Origin: Bdellovibrionota bacterium
GTDB taxonomy: Bacteria; Bdellovibrionota; UBA2428
NCBI GenBank assembly: GCA_035539375.1
Contig: DATLIP010000086.1
Location: 16,848-80,847, forward strand
Direction: 5' to 3'
DNA length: 64,000 nucleotides
The translations under genes and the position numbers were made by a program. Of the stretch, positions 1 to 10,720 are shown piece after piece. Within the stretch, counting starts at the first letter, position 1. Each line of letters opens with the position of its first letter. The notes beneath the pieces were generated by a model that was not told the DNA's origin, did not search any database, and saw only the letters and a list, made by a program, of their open reading frames with translations.

Positions 1-1456
1 CTGTCTTGGTAGAGGGTTCGATGCGTGCGCCGCCAAGTCCTACGAGACGCAGCGAGAAGACCGGCAGATGGCGCAAGGTGCGCACAACGACCTTGAGGTT
101 GCCGTAGTTAAAGGTCTCCACATTGTGAGAGGTGTCGGTTTTGAGTTTGGGGATTTTGGCTTTGCCAAGATCGTCGCTCGCCATCGGAGACCAGAAGGCT
201 CTGCCGGCTTTGGGTGTGCTCATCTTGGGCGGCGCAATGCCCGTTACGACCCAGTCCGCAGTCAGCCACTGATCGCGGGCAAATTCGATGTCCTTGATGG
301 TGAGCTCTTTGACACGTTCTGTGTACTGCGCGTCTTCGCGGTAATCGCCGGCGATGACTTCAAAGTAACCAAATTTTTGTGCGAGCCCGTCGACGGTTTC
401 CTTGGCGTAAACGTTCTCCGAGATGAGGTTGTTCTTGGCCACCGCGAGTTCGCGCTCAGAGATAGGCGCCATGAGTTCGTCGCGAACGATCTTGAGCACG
501 TCGCCAAAACGTTTGTCAAAATCCGGCAGACCGCGCATGCCGAGATCAAAGCAGCCCTGATCTTTGGGGCTCCACACGCCGGTGCCGACGGATTGGAGCC
601 ATTTCTTTTCGAGAACGAGCTTTTTGTGCAAACGTGAGGATTCGCCGTTGCCCACGATCAGTGAGAAGGCGTCGAGCGCCGGCACACTAGGATCGCGCAG
701 CGAAGGACCGCGCCAGGTGAGGTGCGCGATGGGATGCGGGTAGGGGTTGGCGATGAACTGCGAGGTTTGCGGTGCCAGCGAGCTCAGCTGGGGGCGATCC
801 GTCGTGCGTACGCCTTTCGAGAGCGGACCAAAGAGATCTTCGGCGATCGCCTTTAGTTCGGGCGGGTGAAAATCTCCCGACACGACAAGGAACATGTTGT
901 GAGCATTGTAGTACTTTTTGTAGAGCTCCACGATGCGCTCGCGAGGCATGCCCGCAACGACGTTCGAGTAACCGATCACGGGGCGCGAGTAGGGGTGGCC
1001 GCCAAAGAGCGTGGTGTGCAAAAGGTCTGAGGCCACGGCCCCGGGCATGTCGTTGCGGCGAGCGATTTCTTCTAAGATCACGCCCTTTTCTTTTTCAAGC
1101 TCCGTGGGATCGACAACCGAATCGAGGATCGCGTCCGAAAGGATATCCAGGCCCTGGCGCAAGTGTTTGGAGCCCACCGTGAGGTGCATCACCGTTTGGT
1201 CGTAGCTGGTGTAGGCGTTGACGTCGCCGCCCATGGATTCGATTTCTTTGGCAATTTGTCCCACCGCGCGTCGGTTCGTGCCCTTAAAGAGCAAGTGTTC
1301 GAAAAGGTGGGCAAGCCCCGCGATGTCGTCCGTTTCGTCGGCCGCACCGAAGCGAATCCAGGCCTGGAGTGCCACCACGGGCGCTTGTTTGGTGGGACTG
1401 GCCAGAATGGGCAAGCCGTTGGAGAGAGTGATTTTTTCAACTTCGATCGCAGACAT
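1..1456 (-). CDS. M16 (pitrilysin/insulinase) family zinc peptidase, N-terminal part only; gene runs off the left edge
   Basis: Absent from the ORF track because it leaves the window. Hand translation of the minus strand from ATG at 1456 gives MSAIEVEKITLSNGLPILASPTKQAPVVALQAWIRFGAADETDDIAGLAHLFEHLLFKGT... with the inverted-zincin HxxEH motif (HLFEH). The frame stays open to position 2. Plus-strand ORFs 68-637, 772-1182 and 1163-1471 are its shadows. Confidence 0.8.
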   Translation of the reverse strand, partial: MSAIEVEKITLSNGLPILASPTKQAPVVALQAWIRFGAADETDDIAGLAHLFEHLLFKGTNRRAVGQIAKEIESMGGDVNAYTSYDQTVMHLTVGSKHLRQGLDILSDAILDSVVDPTELEKEKGVILEEIARRNDMPGAVASDLLHTTLFGGHPYSRPVIGYSNVVAGMPRERIVELYKKYYNAHNMFLVVSGDFHPPELKAIAEDLFGPLSKGVRTTDRPQLSSLAPQTSQFIANPYPHPIAHLTWRGPSLRDPSVPALDAFSLIVGNGESSRLHKKLVLEKKWLQSVGTGVWSPKDQGCFDLGMRGLPDFDKRFGDVLKIVRDELMAPISERELAVAKNNLISENVYAKETVDGLAQKFGYFEVIAGDYREDAQYTERVKELTIKDIEFARDQWLTADWVVTGIAPPKMSTPKAGRAFWSPMASDDLGKAKIPKLKTDTSHNVETFNYGNLKVVVRTLRHLPVFSLRLVGLGGARIEPSTKT

Positions 1457-1502
1457 TGCGCTTTATTTTGACGTACTTTCTGCATTAAGACAAAGCCTTC
1501 TT

Positions 1503-2720
1503 ATGCCAGATCGAGGATTATACGTTCACGTCCCGTTCTGCGTGCACAAATGTGGATACTGCGACTTCAATTCTTGGGCCGAAACGCGCTCCGAATTCCA
1601 ATGGCAATGGCTCGAGGCCATCACACGGCAGGCACAATATTGGTCGCCCCGCAGCGCTGAGGATCGATTCGACACCGTCTTTTGGGGCGGAGGCACGCCA
1701 TCGCTCCTCGATTCCGAAATCCTAACGCGTTTCATGCGCGTCCTTCAAACTTCCTTTCGTCTCGCACCTCATGCGGAAATCACCGTGGAGTGCAATCCCG
1801 AGACGCTGAATGCGGACAAATTGTCCCGGCTCTGGGATGCCGGTGTGAATCGTCTTTCGATCGGCATTCAGTCGTTTCAAGACGATTATCTCGCGCGGCT
1901 CGAGCGGCAGACCACCCGCGAATCAAATTTGCGCGTGCTTGAGCTCGTGGCCAAAACCTGGCCGGGCCGCTGGTCACTTGATTTGATGTTCGCGCTGCCT
2001 GAGCAGAGTCTCGAACAGTGGCTCGCAGAGATGGACCTCGCGCTCGAATTTTCTCCTTCGCACATCTCCGCCTATCAACTGACGCTCTCCACGGCGCGTT
2101 CCAAAAATTGGAAACAAGCTCCTGAAGACGAACTGCTTGAATTTTTCGTGCTCACGCAGGAGAGGCTTCTCGAGGCGGGGCTCCATCAATACGAGATCTC
2201 AAATTACGCCAAACCCGGCCACGAATCTCAGCACAATTTGCACTACTGGCGACTGGATCCTTTTCTCGGGATCGGGCCTGGCGCCGCCGGACTCCTGCCC
2301 GCTGCTTGGTTGCGCGACCGCGCCGATGCGGCAACGGCCACAGGTTTTCACCAACGTGTGGCTCCACGCTGGGAACACTGGCTGCGCGATGCGGGCACCG
2401 CGGTGGAGTCCACTACGTGGCTCGAGCCGCGCACCAGCGAAGATCATCTCAAAGAGATGCTTATGATGAATTTGCGCCTCAATGAGGGGTTCTCTCTCAC
2501 GCGATGGGGCGTTTACGAAAGTCGCGCCCGCGAGGCGATGGAAGTGTTGCAGAGCAAAGGGCTCACGGAATTTTTGCCTGCTACGAATCGATGGCGCGCC
2601 AGCACGCGCGGCATGCAGATTCTCGATACCACAATTCAGATGGCTTACGCGCTGATTGATTTTGCGCCGTCGCGCGCATCGTCGGCGGACTTGTATGTGG
2701 ATCCGGCCTTTGCGTTTTAG
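1503..2720 (+). CDS. hemW: Radical SAM heme chaperone HemW / oxygen-independent coproporphyrinogen oxidase-like protein
   Basis: ORF 1218-2720 trimmed to ATG 1503: MPDRGLYVHVPFCVHKCGYCDF carries the radical-SAM CxxxCxxC. GGGTPS follows, then a HemN_C-like tail. The 5' extension of the ORF overlaps the divergent M16 gene. Confidence 0.85.
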   Translation: MPDRGLYVHVPFCVHKCGYCDFNSWAETRSEFQWQWLEAITRQAQYWSPRSAEDRFDTVFWGGGTPSLLDSEILTRFMRVLQTSFRLAPHAEITVECNPETLNADKLSRLWDAGVNRLSIGIQSFQDDYLARLERQTTRESNLRVLELVAKTWPGRWSLDLMFALPEQSLEQWLAEMDLALEFSPSHISAYQLTLSTARSKNWKQAPEDELLEFFVLTQERLLEAGLHQYEISNYAKPGHESQHNLHYWRLDPFLGIGPGAAGLLPAAWLRDRADAATATGFHQRVAPRWEHWLRDAGTAVESTTWLEPRTSEDHLKEMLMMNLRLNEGFSLTRWGVYESRAREAMEVLQSKGLTEFLPATNRWRASTRGMQILDTTIQMAYALIDFAPSRASSADLYVDPAFAF

Positions 2721-3451
2721 GGGCGTCGCGCTTTACGAACCGTCGAGCGCAACTCGCGCAAACGGTTCTTTTCGGCTAGCGAAACCTTTTCTACCGCTGC
2801 GGAATAGGCGCGCGGGTCGATCTCGTGCAAGTGACGTTCGATGAAAGCCATGGTGAGCTTGGCGTCCACTTGGTAGACCTCGCGCAGTGTCCAGCCCACG
2901 CCCTTTTGCACATAGTAGTGCTCGTCTTTGAGCAGCGGTTTTAGCGCTCCGAGCACCCGCTGCGCTGAGGGTGTTTTTTTACGATGTCGGGTGTAATAGA
3001 GCAGCGACACCACGGACTGGCGGCGCAGCCAGGGATTTTTGCTCGAATTCCACTTCACAAGAATCTGATCTACGGGACGGCCCAGATCTTCCAAAAAACG
3101 CGCGTAGAGCGAAGACATGCCGTCCGAGTGCGCCCAGTTGTTGAGGTCCGCGGCCCAAGCGAGAAGCTTTTTGTGGTGCCGTTTGGCGAGCTCGTAATTT
3201 TTGGGATGCGACCAAAAGTAAACCGCAAGATTTTGCTCTTCAAAGCTTTTGCCGCGTTTCCACAGGTTTTCCCAATAATCCCACCTCTGTTTTTCGCTAA
3301 AATCTTGGGTTTCGTCCATGAGCCGTTTCACAACGGCGCGCTGCTGGGGGGCTGTGTAGCCGACCACCGGCACGGGAGCGTTCATGATCCTGCGGACCAT
3401 ATCCAGGTCTGCAGCCTTTTGGTACTTGGGTTTGATTCCACGAAAGGGCAT
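2717..3451 (-). CDS. DNA alkylation repair protein (AlkD/AlkC-like HEAT-repeat family)
   Basis: 244 aa. Motifs NNWAHSD, NPWLRRQSVVSLL and YVQKGVGWTLRE resemble the DNA_alkylation HEAT-repeat family. Confidence 0.7.
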   Translation of the reverse strand: MPFRGIKPKYQKAADLDMVRRIMNAPVPVVGYTAPQQRAVVKRLMDETQDFSEKQRWDYWENLWKRGKSFEEQNLAVYFWSHPKNYELAKRHHKKLLAWAADLNNWAHSDGMSSLYARFLEDLGRPVDQILVKWNSSKNPWLRRQSVVSLLYYTRHRKKTPSAQRVLGALKPLLKDEHYYVQKGVGWTLREVYQVDAKLTMAFIERHLHEIDPRAYSAAVEKVSLAEKNRLRELRSTVRKARRP

Positions 3452-3524
3452 GGCGAGATATTAACATGCCGAAATTGTGAGACTATTTAACGCGAAAAAA
3501 TCCTACAAAAATCAACGCACCGTG

Positions 3525-3555
3525 GTTGACTCAGCTTTTTTAGCCCCCACATTTA
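3525..3555 (+). promoter_or_regulatory. Candidate sigma-32-type promoter for grpE-dnaK-dnaJ
   Basis: gTTGACt (3526-3530), a 14-nt spacer, then CCCCACAT (3545-3552), compared with CTTGAA-N13-15-CCCCATNT. Caveat: it would leave a leader of only about 5-10 nt before the ATG at 3564. Confidence 0.3.
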
Positions 3556-3563
3556 AGGGGCAA

Positions 3564-4124
3564 ATGTCAGACACTCAGAACAAAGCAGAACAGGACGTTA
3601 ACGAAAGCCAGGCCGAAGAGGTTTTGAGCGCCGTAGATGAGGCCGTGGCCGAAGAGAACAAAGCCCAGGGGGCCGAAACCCTGGTGAACGAATGGAAGTC
3701 CAAGGCCGCTTATTTGGCCGCCGAACTTGAGAACATGAAAAAGCGTGCGATCCGCGATCGCACGGAAACCATCAAGTTTGCCAACGAATCGCTGCTGAAG
3801 CTGGTGGTTCCGGTACTCGACAATTTGAGCCTCGCGCTCTCCTCGGCAAAAAACGCCAAGGTCGAAGACTCCGCACTTCTCAAAAGCCTTGTGGAGGGCG
3901 TCGAGATGACCGTGAAACTTTTTGAACAAACGCTCGCCCAGGCAGGCGTGGAATTCATCGTGACCGACGGTGCAGAATTCGACCCCGAAGTGCACGAGGC
4001 CATTGGTCAGGCTCAGAACGCCGACCTCAAAGACGGTGCCATCGTGACCGTCGTGCAACGCGGATTCAAGCTCAGCGGGCGCGTGGTGCGCACCGCCAAA
4101 GTGATTGTGAACAAAACAAACTGA
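3564..4124 (+). CDS. grpE: Nucleotide exchange factor GrpE
   Basis: ORF 3477-4124 trimmed to ATG 3564 (MSDTQNKAEQ...). It has an acidic N-terminus, the coiled-coil segment AAELENMKKRAIRDR and the C-terminal beta domain VVQRGFKLSGRVVRTAKVIV. It lies directly upstream of dnaK. Confidence 0.9.
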   Translation: MSDTQNKAEQDVNESQAEEVLSAVDEAVAEENKAQGAETLVNEWKSKAAYLAAELENMKKRAIRDRTETIKFANESLLKLVVPVLDNLSLALSSAKNAKVEDSALLKSLVEGVEMTVKLFEQTLAQAGVEFIVTDGAEFDPEVHEAIGQAQNADLKDGAIVTVVQRGFKLSGRVVRTAKVIVNKTN

Positions 4125-4160
4125 TTCGCTCAGTTAAGAACGTAAGGAGATAGAACAAAA

Positions 4161-6095
4161 ATGGCAAAAGTAATTGGAATTGACCTTGGAACCACCAACT
4201 CGTGTGTGGCCGTGCTTGAAGGCGGCGACCCGGTGGTCATCACCAACAGCGAAGGCGCGCGTACCACGCCGTCGATCGTAGCTTTTAACGACAAAGGTGA
4301 CCGCCTCGTGGGCGCCAGCGCCAAGAACCAAGCGATCACGAACCCCGACAAAACGATTTACGCCGTCAAGCGTCTTATTGGTCAACGCTTCGATTCCGAA
4401 GCCGTGCGCAGCTTGCAAAAAAACCTTCCCTATAAAATCGTCGCCGCCGACAATGGTGACGCTTGGGTGCAAGTGGGTGACAAAAAGCATTCGCCGCAAG
4501 AAGTTTCGGCCTTCATCTTGATGAAGATGAAAAAGACCGCCGAAGATTTTCTCGGTCACGAAGTCAAAGAAGCCGTGATCACGGTCCCCGCATACTTTAA
4601 CGATGCCCAGCGCCAGGCCACCAAAGACGCCGGCCGTGTTGCGGGCCTCGACGTTCTGCGTATCATCAACGAGCCTACTGCGGCTTCGCTTGCCTATGGC
4701 CTCGACAAAAAGGGCGACAAGAAGATCGCCGTGTTTGACCTTGGCGGTGGGACTTTCGACATCTCGATCCTCGAGCTCGGCGAAGGCGTCTTCGAAGTGA
4801 AAGCTACCAACGGAGACACTTTCCTCGGTGGTGAAGACTTCGACGCTCGCATCGTAGAGTGGCTCGCGGCAGAATTTCTCAAAACCGACGGCATCGACCT
4901 GCGCAAAGACAAGTTCTCTCTGCAGCGCCTCAAGGCTGAAGCCGAGAAGGCCAAGCATGCCCTCTCTGAGTCTCTCGAAGTGGACATCAACTTGCCCTTC
5001 ATCACGGCCGACCAGAATGGTCCCAAGCACCTCAACATCAAGCTGACGCGTGCGAAGCTCGAAGCGATTTGCGACGATCTCTTTGACCGTCTCGTGAAGC
5101 CTTGCGAACAGTGTATCGCCGACTCGGGTCTCGCTAAGAGCGAAATCCAAGAGGTGATTCTCGTGGGTGGTATGACCCGTATGCCCAAGGTGCAAGAAAA
5201 GGTGAAAGCGATCTTTGGTCGTGAACCGCACAAAGGCGTGAACCCCGATGAAGTCGTAGCGCTCGGCGCCGCGATCCAAGGTGGCGTCCTCAAGGGCGAC
5301 GTCAAAGACGTGCTCCTGCTCGACGTGACTCCGCTGAGCCTCGGTATCGAAACCCTGGGTGGCGTGTTCACCAAGCTCATCGAAAAAAACACCACGATCC
5401 CTAGCAAAAAATCGCAAGTTTTCTCGACTGCGCAAGACAACCAGCCCGCTGTGAGCATTCACGTGCTGCAGGGCGAGCGCGAAGTGGCGAGCGCCAACAA
5501 AACGCTCGGACGCTTTGATCTCACTGGCCTGCCGCCCGCTCCACGCGGAGTGCCCCAGATCGAAGTCGCTTTTGACATCGACGCGAACGGCATCGTGCAC
5601 GTGTCCGCTAAGGACATGGGCACCGGCAAGACGCAATCGATCCAGATCACCTCGAGCAGCGGTCTCAGTGAAGACGAGATCAAGCGCATGGTGAAAGACG
5701 CCGAAGAACACGCGGCCGAAGACAAACGCCGCACCGAAGAAGTTCAAGCCAAGAACCAACTCGATTCGCTTGTCTACCAAACCGAGAAATCGCTCAAGGA
5801 ACTCGGCGACAAAGTGGACGCTTCGCTCAAGGGCGAAGTGGAGTCGGCACTTTCGGAAGCCAAATCGGCTCTCGAGTCGGCGAACCTCGATTCGATCAAG
5901 TCGGTTACTGAAAAGCTCAACGCTACCAATGCGAAACTTGCGCAAGAGGTTTACGCCAAATCGCAAGCCGCGGGTGGTGGTGATGCTAACGGTGGCGACA
6001 CCAAATTCAACGACGACGCCTCGAAATACGGCGGCGGTGCTTCGGAGTCGAAAAAAGACGACGACGCGGTCGACGCTGATTACAAAGAAGTTTAA
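4161..6095 (+). CDS. dnaK: Molecular chaperone DnaK (Hsp70)
   Basis: 644 aa. [26 protein letters not shown] and [11 protein letters not shown] are canonical Hsp70 signatures. Confidence 0.99.
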   Translation: MAKVIGIDLGTTNSCVAVLEGGDPVVITNSEGARTTPSIVAFNDKGDRLVGASAKNQAITNPDKTIYAVKRLIGQRFDSEAVRSLQKNLPYKIVAADNGDAWVQVGDKKHSPQEVSAFILMKMKKTAEDFLGHEVKEAVITVPAYFNDAQRQATKDAGRVAGLDVLRIINEPTAASLAYGLDKKGDKKIAVFDLGGGTFDISILELGEGVFEVKATNGDTFLGGEDFDARIVEWLAAEFLKTDGIDLRKDKFSLQRLKAEAEKAKHALSESLEVDINLPFITADQNGPKHLNIKLTRAKLEAICDDLFDRLVKPCEQCIADSGLAKSEIQEVILVGGMTRMPKVQEKVKAIFGREPHKGVNPDEVVALGAAIQGGVLKGDVKDVLLLDVTPLSLGIETLGGVFTKLIEKNTTIPSKKSQVFSTAQDNQPAVSIHVLQGEREVASANKTLGRFDLTGLPPAPRGVPQIEVAFDIDANGIVHVSAKDMGTGKTQSIQITSSSGLSEDEIKRMVKDAEEHAAEDKRRTEEVQAKNQLDSLVYQTEKSLKELGDKVDASLKGEVESALSEAKSALESANLDSIKSVTEKLNATNAKLAQEVYAKSQAAGGGDANGGDTKFNDDASKYGGGASESKKDDDAVDADYKEV

Positions 6096-6121
6096 AGAGG
6101 ATCTTCGTTGATTAAATCACC

Positions 6122-7264
6122 ATGGCATCCAAACGCGACTATTACGAAGTCCTGGGTGTAGCGAAAACCGCGAGCGCGGAAGAGCTGAAAAAAGCTTACC
6201 GCAAGCTCGCGGTTCAGTTCCATCCGGACAAGAACCCTGGCAACCCCGAGGCCGAAGCGAAGTTCAAAGAAGCTTCTGAAGCCTACGAGGTGCTGTCGAA
6301 TGCCCAAAAACGCCAAGCCTACGACCAGTTTGGTCACGCGGGCGCGCAGGCGGGATTTGGCGGCGCGGGTTTTGGTGGCTTCGGTGGAGCGCGCGGCGCG
6401 AACCCCTTTGGTGATTTGAACGACATCTTCGGCGACATTTTCTCGGAAGTTTTCGGCGGCGGTGCCGGTGGTGGGCGCGGGGGATCTCGCGCCACACGCG
6501 GCTCGGACCTGCGCTACAACCTGGGCATTAGCTTTGAAGAAGCGGCCTTTGGTTGCGAAAAAACCATCTCCGTTCCACGCGAATCCACCTGCAAAAAATG
6601 TAACGGCTCGGGCGCCAAGCCCGGCTCTTCGGTGACCACTTGCGGCTCGTGCCGCGGTACCGGGGAGATCCGTTTTCAGCAGGGTTTCTTCACGCTCTCC
6701 AAAACTTGTCCCGATTGCGGTGGCCAGGGCAGCATCATCAAAGACAAATGCCCTGATTGCCGCGGTTCGGGGCGCATCAGCGAAACCACCAAGCTCTCCG
6801 TCAAGATTCCGGCGGGCATCGACACCGGCCAGCGACTCAAGCTGCGCGGCGAGGGTGAGGCCGGCACCAACGGTGGTCCCGCGGGCGATCTCTACGTGGT
6901 GGTCGAAGTGGCCGCACACTCGATTTTCGAGCGCGATGGCTTCGACATCCTCTGCGATGTGCCCATTTCCTTTCCGCAGGCGGCTCTCGGGGCCGAAGTC
7001 GACGTGCCGACCCTTGAGGGCACGGTAAAACTCAAAATCCCTGCTGGTACCCAAAGCCACAAGCGCTTTCGTCTCAAGAACAAGGGCATTTCCCATGTGG
7101 GCGGACGCGGGCGCGGTGATCTCTTTGTGACCGCCATGGTGGAAGTTCCCACCAAGATGAGCTCCGAACAGCGCGCTCTTTTGGAGAAATTTGCCGAAAT
7201 CAGCGGTGAATCCTTTCCAGAATCGCAGAGTTTTATTCGCCGCATGAAAGATCTATTTCAGTGA
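6122..7264 (+). CDS. dnaJ: Co-chaperone DnaJ (Hsp40)
   Basis: J domain with HPD (FHPDKNPG), a G/F-rich linker, and four CxxCxGxG zinc-finger repeats. Confidence 0.98.
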   Translation: MASKRDYYEVLGVAKTASAEELKKAYRKLAVQFHPDKNPGNPEAEAKFKEASEAYEVLSNAQKRQAYDQFGHAGAQAGFGGAGFGGFGGARGANPFGDLNDIFGDIFSEVFGGGAGGGRGGSRATRGSDLRYNLGISFEEAAFGCEKTISVPRESTCKKCNGSGAKPGSSVTTCGSCRGTGEIRFQQGFFTLSKTCPDCGGQGSIIKDKCPDCRGSGRISETTKLSVKIPAGIDTGQRLKLRGEGEAGTNGGPAGDLYVVVEVAAHSIFERDGFDILCDVPISFPQAALGAEVDVPTLEGTVKLKIPAGTQSHKRFRLKNKGISHVGGRGRGDLFVTAMVEVPTKMSSEQRALLEKFAEISGESFPESQSFIRRMKDLFQ

Positions 7265-7288
7265 TTTTACTCGCGGCTCGGCGCGGTT

Positions 7289-9364
7289 ATGATAGAGCCC
7301 ATGCTAGTCAGACCGACCCAGAGACTTACGTGCGCCCTTTTTTCGCTCACCTTCTTTTCGCTCGTGGCCTGTGCCGGGGGTATCCGGCGCCCGGGACGCG
7401 TGAGCACCGAACGCGAAAACATTCGCAACCTGCCCGAAACCATTCAGGGGGGTAACACGCCCGTTCCTGGCCAGCAGCGCTATCGCCAAGTGGTGGATGC
7501 GCCCGAAATCGCCACCGCTTACGCGGAGGCCAAGCGCAAACTCGGCACCTCCGAGAGCTACCAAGGTTACCGCAGTCTGCAGGCCTATGCCGATGCCAAC
7601 CCCAATGGTCAGTTTGTCGACGACGCTTTGATCCTGCTCGCCGCCCGCGCTGTTGGCGAATCGCAGTTCTCCCTGGCCGCCACCCATGCGGGCAAAGTGC
7701 TCGCGCTCGATCCGCCTTCGCGCCAGCGCGCCCGCGCGGTGCTCTTGAAGGCTCGCGCCGAGTTTCTCGCTGGCAGCCGTGAAGAATCCCTGCGCACACT
7801 TTCGCACGTGCAGGCCGAGGAGATTTCCGCTGGAGATCGCTACGATTTCTTCAAATTCTGGGGCGAGGCCGCTGAGTTCGAAGGCCGCTCCCTCGAGTCT
7901 ACTCTCGCGTATTTGCGCGCCATCAATGCAACGCCCGTGATGGCGGCTCAAGAAGAACTCAAGCGCAAGGTCGACTCCTTTGTGGAGACCAAACTCTCTG
8001 AAACCGAGCTGAGGTTTTTGCAGCGCGAGTACGCGCTGCCCGCATACCCTTCCTCACGCGTTCACCTGCGCCTTGCTGCCCTCGCCATCGCGAGCGGTTC
8101 CAAGCTGACCGCCGATCAATACCTTGCGCTCGTCATGCGCAGCAACCCTCCGGGGTCTCCGATGTTCAACGAAGCGCGCGAGATGAAAGAGCGCGCCGAG
8201 AACCTGGGCATGGCAAGGCTCACTCGCATTGGTCTCTTGTTGCCGATGTCGGGAGCTGGCGCTTATGGCGCCACAGTCAAAGAGGGGCTGGATCTCGCCT
8301 TCGCGGAAACTTCTGGCGCACAGATCGAAGTCGTGGCCGCCGATTCGGGCCGCAGCGTGGATTCGGCGATGGCCGCGTTTGAGCGTCTCGTGATGGAAGA
8401 GCGCGTGATGGCCGTGATTGGTCCCGTTTCGGGCGACCAGGCGGCCGCCACTGCCGTGAAGGCGCGTGAGTGGGGCGTTCCCTACATCACGCTCTCGGCA
8501 CGCGATGGACTTCTGGAATCAAACCCATTCCTTTTCCGTATGGCCGCAACGCCGCAAAAACAAGTTCGCGCGCTTGTGAAGCACACGGCAGAACGTTTCA
8601 ACGCCAAACGCTTCGCGATCATTTTCCCCGAAGACACCTTCGGCGAAGCCTTTGCCAAAGCCTACTTTGATGCTGTTGCCGGCGTCGGTGGCACGGTGAC
8701 GGCGGCCGAGTCTTATCAGCCGAACCAAGCAGATTTCCGCTCGGAGATTCAGAACATGGTGGGCAATAATTTTACCGAATGGCGTCGCTCTGAGCGTGCC
8801 GAGCTGATCAAAACTCAGGAGTCGAAACTCGGTCGCAAGCTCAGCCCCAAAGAGAGCAACGAGTTCCAGTTGCCGCCGATCATGGATTTCGACGTGATTT
8901 TTCTCCCCGACTCGTCGAAGGCGATCGGCCAGATTGTGCCGTACCTGCGCTACGCCGACGTCACCGGCCCCAAACTTGTTGGTCCTTCAACTTGGTCGTC
9001 GCAGGATCTCCTGCGCCGCGCGGGTCAGTACCTCGATAACTCGATGTTTGTGGATTCCTTCTCGCCCGATCGTTCGGGCACCGAGAGCTTCCTAAAATCG
9101 TACCGCGACAAATATCAAAAGATGCCGGGCGCTCTGAGCGCTTTTGGTTACGACATCGGTCTCAGCCTTGCGCGCGCTTATCGCGGCGCCGAGCTGCCCA
9201 AGTCGCGCGAAGATCTGCGCCTGCGTCTCACGAGCCTCGGCTCCATGCGCGGCGCCACGGGCGAACTCGTGTGGAACGAATCGCGTGACGTCTTGAAAGA
9301 GCTCCAGCTCTTTGTCATCCGCGGCGGCAAATTCCTCTACCAAAGCGGTGTCGTCACGGAATAG
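7289..9364 (+). CDS. Lipoprotein with helical-repeat N-terminal region and type-1 periplasmic-binding (LivK/LppC-like) C-terminal domain; LpoA-like penicillin-binding-protein activator candidate
   Basis: Lipobox FFSLVAC. The C-terminal half begins IGLLLPMSGAGAYGATVKEGLDLAF, typical of the type-1 PBP fold. Overall architecture resembles LpoA/LppC. Confidence 0.5.
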   Translation: MIEPMLVRPTQRLTCALFSLTFFSLVACAGGIRRPGRVSTERENIRNLPETIQGGNTPVPGQQRYRQVVDAPEIATAYAEAKRKLGTSESYQGYRSLQAYADANPNGQFVDDALILLAARAVGESQFSLAATHAGKVLALDPPSRQRARAVLLKARAEFLAGSREESLRTLSHVQAEEISAGDRYDFFKFWGEAAEFEGRSLESTLAYLRAINATPVMAAQEELKRKVDSFVETKLSETELRFLQREYALPAYPSSRVHLRLAALAIASGSKLTADQYLALVMRSNPPGSPMFNEAREMKERAENLGMARLTRIGLLLPMSGAGAYGATVKEGLDLAFAETSGAQIEVVAADSGRSVDSAMAAFERLVMEERVMAVIGPVSGDQAAATAVKAREWGVPYITLSARDGLLESNPFLFRMAATPQKQVRALVKHTAERFNAKRFAIIFPEDTFGEAFAKAYFDAVAGVGGTVTAAESYQPNQADFRSEIQNMVGNNFTEWRRSERAELIKTQESKLGRKLSPKESNEFQLPPIMDFDVIFLPDSSKAIGQIVPYLRYADVTGPKLVGPSTWSSQDLLRRAGQYLDNSMFVDSFSPDRSGTESFLKSYRDKYQKMPGALSAFGYDIGLSLARAYRGAELPKSREDLRLRLTSLGSMRGATGELVWNESRDVLKELQLFVIRGGKFLYQSGVVTE

Positions 9365-9395
9365 GCGCCCGACTCCCGCACATACCGGCAGCGCA

Positions 9396-10238
9396 TCATT
9401 TGGGCTTTGCAAAGGTCCAAGTGATGCCTTCGGGCGTCACCTCAACGTGAACGTTTCCAAACGTTTCTGCACGGCGCTTGCCGGTGTAGGGCGCGGCGAG
9501 CGAAAACCTCACGCGCGTGATGCGCTCTTCGTCGCCTTGAGTGAAGGTGATCGACTGGGCACCCTTCACGAATTTTGACCCCTCGGCTTTTACAAAACCC
9601 AAACGCTCCAGGACTTGCGCAAAAAATGCGAGCTGAGCGGGGCGAAGGGTCGAATGAACTTCCAGAATTTCTCCGGCTAACGGCACGCTCTTGTCGCTTT
9701 TCTTGTTGCGAAAGTAGGTCATCCACCGAGTGCGGTCCACGGCGCCTTTGACTCCCGCAAAGGTAGGGTCGACTTCTGCCACCCATATCGCGCTTTGCGC
9801 GCTCCACGAGTAGGTGTTGCGCGAAGAGGGGCTTTTTGAGAGTTCAAACTTTTGCTCTTGGAAGGGGCTGCCCTCCGAAGGCGGAAAGAGCGCATGAATC
9901 TTTTCAATCTCGCCCGTCGTCTCCGAAATCAACCCGAAACCTTGTTCTCCGATCTGCGAGAGCTTCGCCATCGCATCGCGGTCAAAGAGCTCGAGATAAC
10001 CTTCGCGGCCGCTGATGTAGTGCCCACTCCAGCGGCTTACGGTTTTGTTGAGTTCGGTGAAATATAATTTCGAGCCCGCAAAGAAATCGGACTTCTCGAT
10101 CGCGCGGTAATCCTGCGAGGAGATCTTCACGTAGACGTGATCGATTTTGATTTTGCCGAGGTCCACCGCGGGCAACGCGGGTAGGGGCTTTGAGGCGCAG
10201 GCCGTGAGGATGACGAAGGAAGCGAGGAGCGTTCTCAT
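9396..10238 (-). CDS. Hypothetical lipoprotein
   Basis: ORF 9396-10244 trimmed to ATG 10238: MRTLLASFVILTACASK (lipobox LTAC). I recognise no family. Confidence 0.6.
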   Translation of the reverse strand: MRTLLASFVILTACASKPLPALPAVDLGKIKIDHVYVKISSQDYRAIEKSDFFAGSKLYFTELNKTVSRWSGHYISGREGYLELFDRDAMAKLSQIGEQGFGLISETTGEIEKIHALFPPSEGSPFQEQKFELSKSPSSRNTYSWSAQSAIWVAEVDPTFAGVKGAVDRTRWMTYFRNKKSDKSVPLAGEILEVHSTLRPAQLAFFAQVLERLGFVKAEGSKFVKGAQSITFTQGDEERITRVRFSLAAPYTGKRRAETFGNVHVEVTPEGITWTFAKPK

Positions 10239-10288
10239 GCCCACGGTTTAATGCGCGGACCCGGCACGCTCAAGCCGCGTTCACGCCT

Positions 10289-10552
10289 TCACTGACGATT
10301 CGGGCGGTCGAGATCTTCGAGGTCGGGGCGCTTGGGGAGCTCCGCGGGCTTGGGCACCTTGCGTTCTGCTTGCACGCGCTTCAGGCTCTCGGCGGTATAA
10401 TCTTTGCCCAGCGATTTCGCCGGTTTGGCGCTTTCCGTGACCGCCGTCGCCGGGGCGGGGTGCAGGAGGTCCGGGTTGATCTCCGCCGGCGGCTCCTTCG
10501 AAGCGCAGGCTACCAAAAGTCCAAGGCTCAGCGTGGCGATGACTTTGTTCAT
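10289..10552 (-). CDS. Small Pro/Lys/Glu-rich lipoprotein
   Basis: MNKVIATLSLGLLVACASKEPP has lipobox LVAC. The mature part is low-complexity and probably disordered. Confidence 0.55.
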   Translation of the reverse strand: MNKVIATLSLGLLVACASKEPPAEINPDLLHPAPATAVTESAKPAKSLGKDYTAESLKRVQAERKVPKPAELPKRPDLEDLDRPNRQ

Positions 10553-10720
10553 GTTCCCCGTTCTAACACTGAAACCCTGTTTATTTCATTCTCAGGCCAC
10601 GGGATTTTGACAGGCACGACGAGTCATACAAGTTCGTGAATTTCATTAAAGCCATAGGGGGGATTTGCCGAATCTTATCCTGTGGGGACAAAGTGCGTCC
10701 CTGGAGCCTAAGGAGGATGA

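Noticed and set aside
1218-1502. 5' extensions of track ORFs: hemW from 1218, recO from 19513, recG from 36544, SPOR gene from 23140, flp from 23453, binding protein from 58266, RelE-fusion gene from 38766.
   Set aside because: The extensions overlap neighbouring genes in other frames and translate to implausible Arg/Pro/Ser-rich sequence. Internal starts give canonical N-termini, signal peptides, or ATGA/TAATG coupling.
4134-5966. 610-aa ORF antisense to dnaK. Similar very long antisense ORFs lie opposite lon (10646-12751), lepA (25549-27327), carA (31068-32087) and carB (32862-33899, 34218-35849).
   Set aside because: They are mirror frames of highly expressed, strongly codon-biased GC-rich genes in which stop codons are depleted on the opposite strand. 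Their translations are low-complexity (Arg/Gly/Val/His-rich) with no motifs. The sense-strand genes are unambiguous.
10553-10720. Searched the lon upstream region for a sigma-32-type or CIRCE element.
   Set aside because: Only a generic TTGACA is present. There is no CCCCAT-like -10 at appropriate spacing and no inverted repeat.
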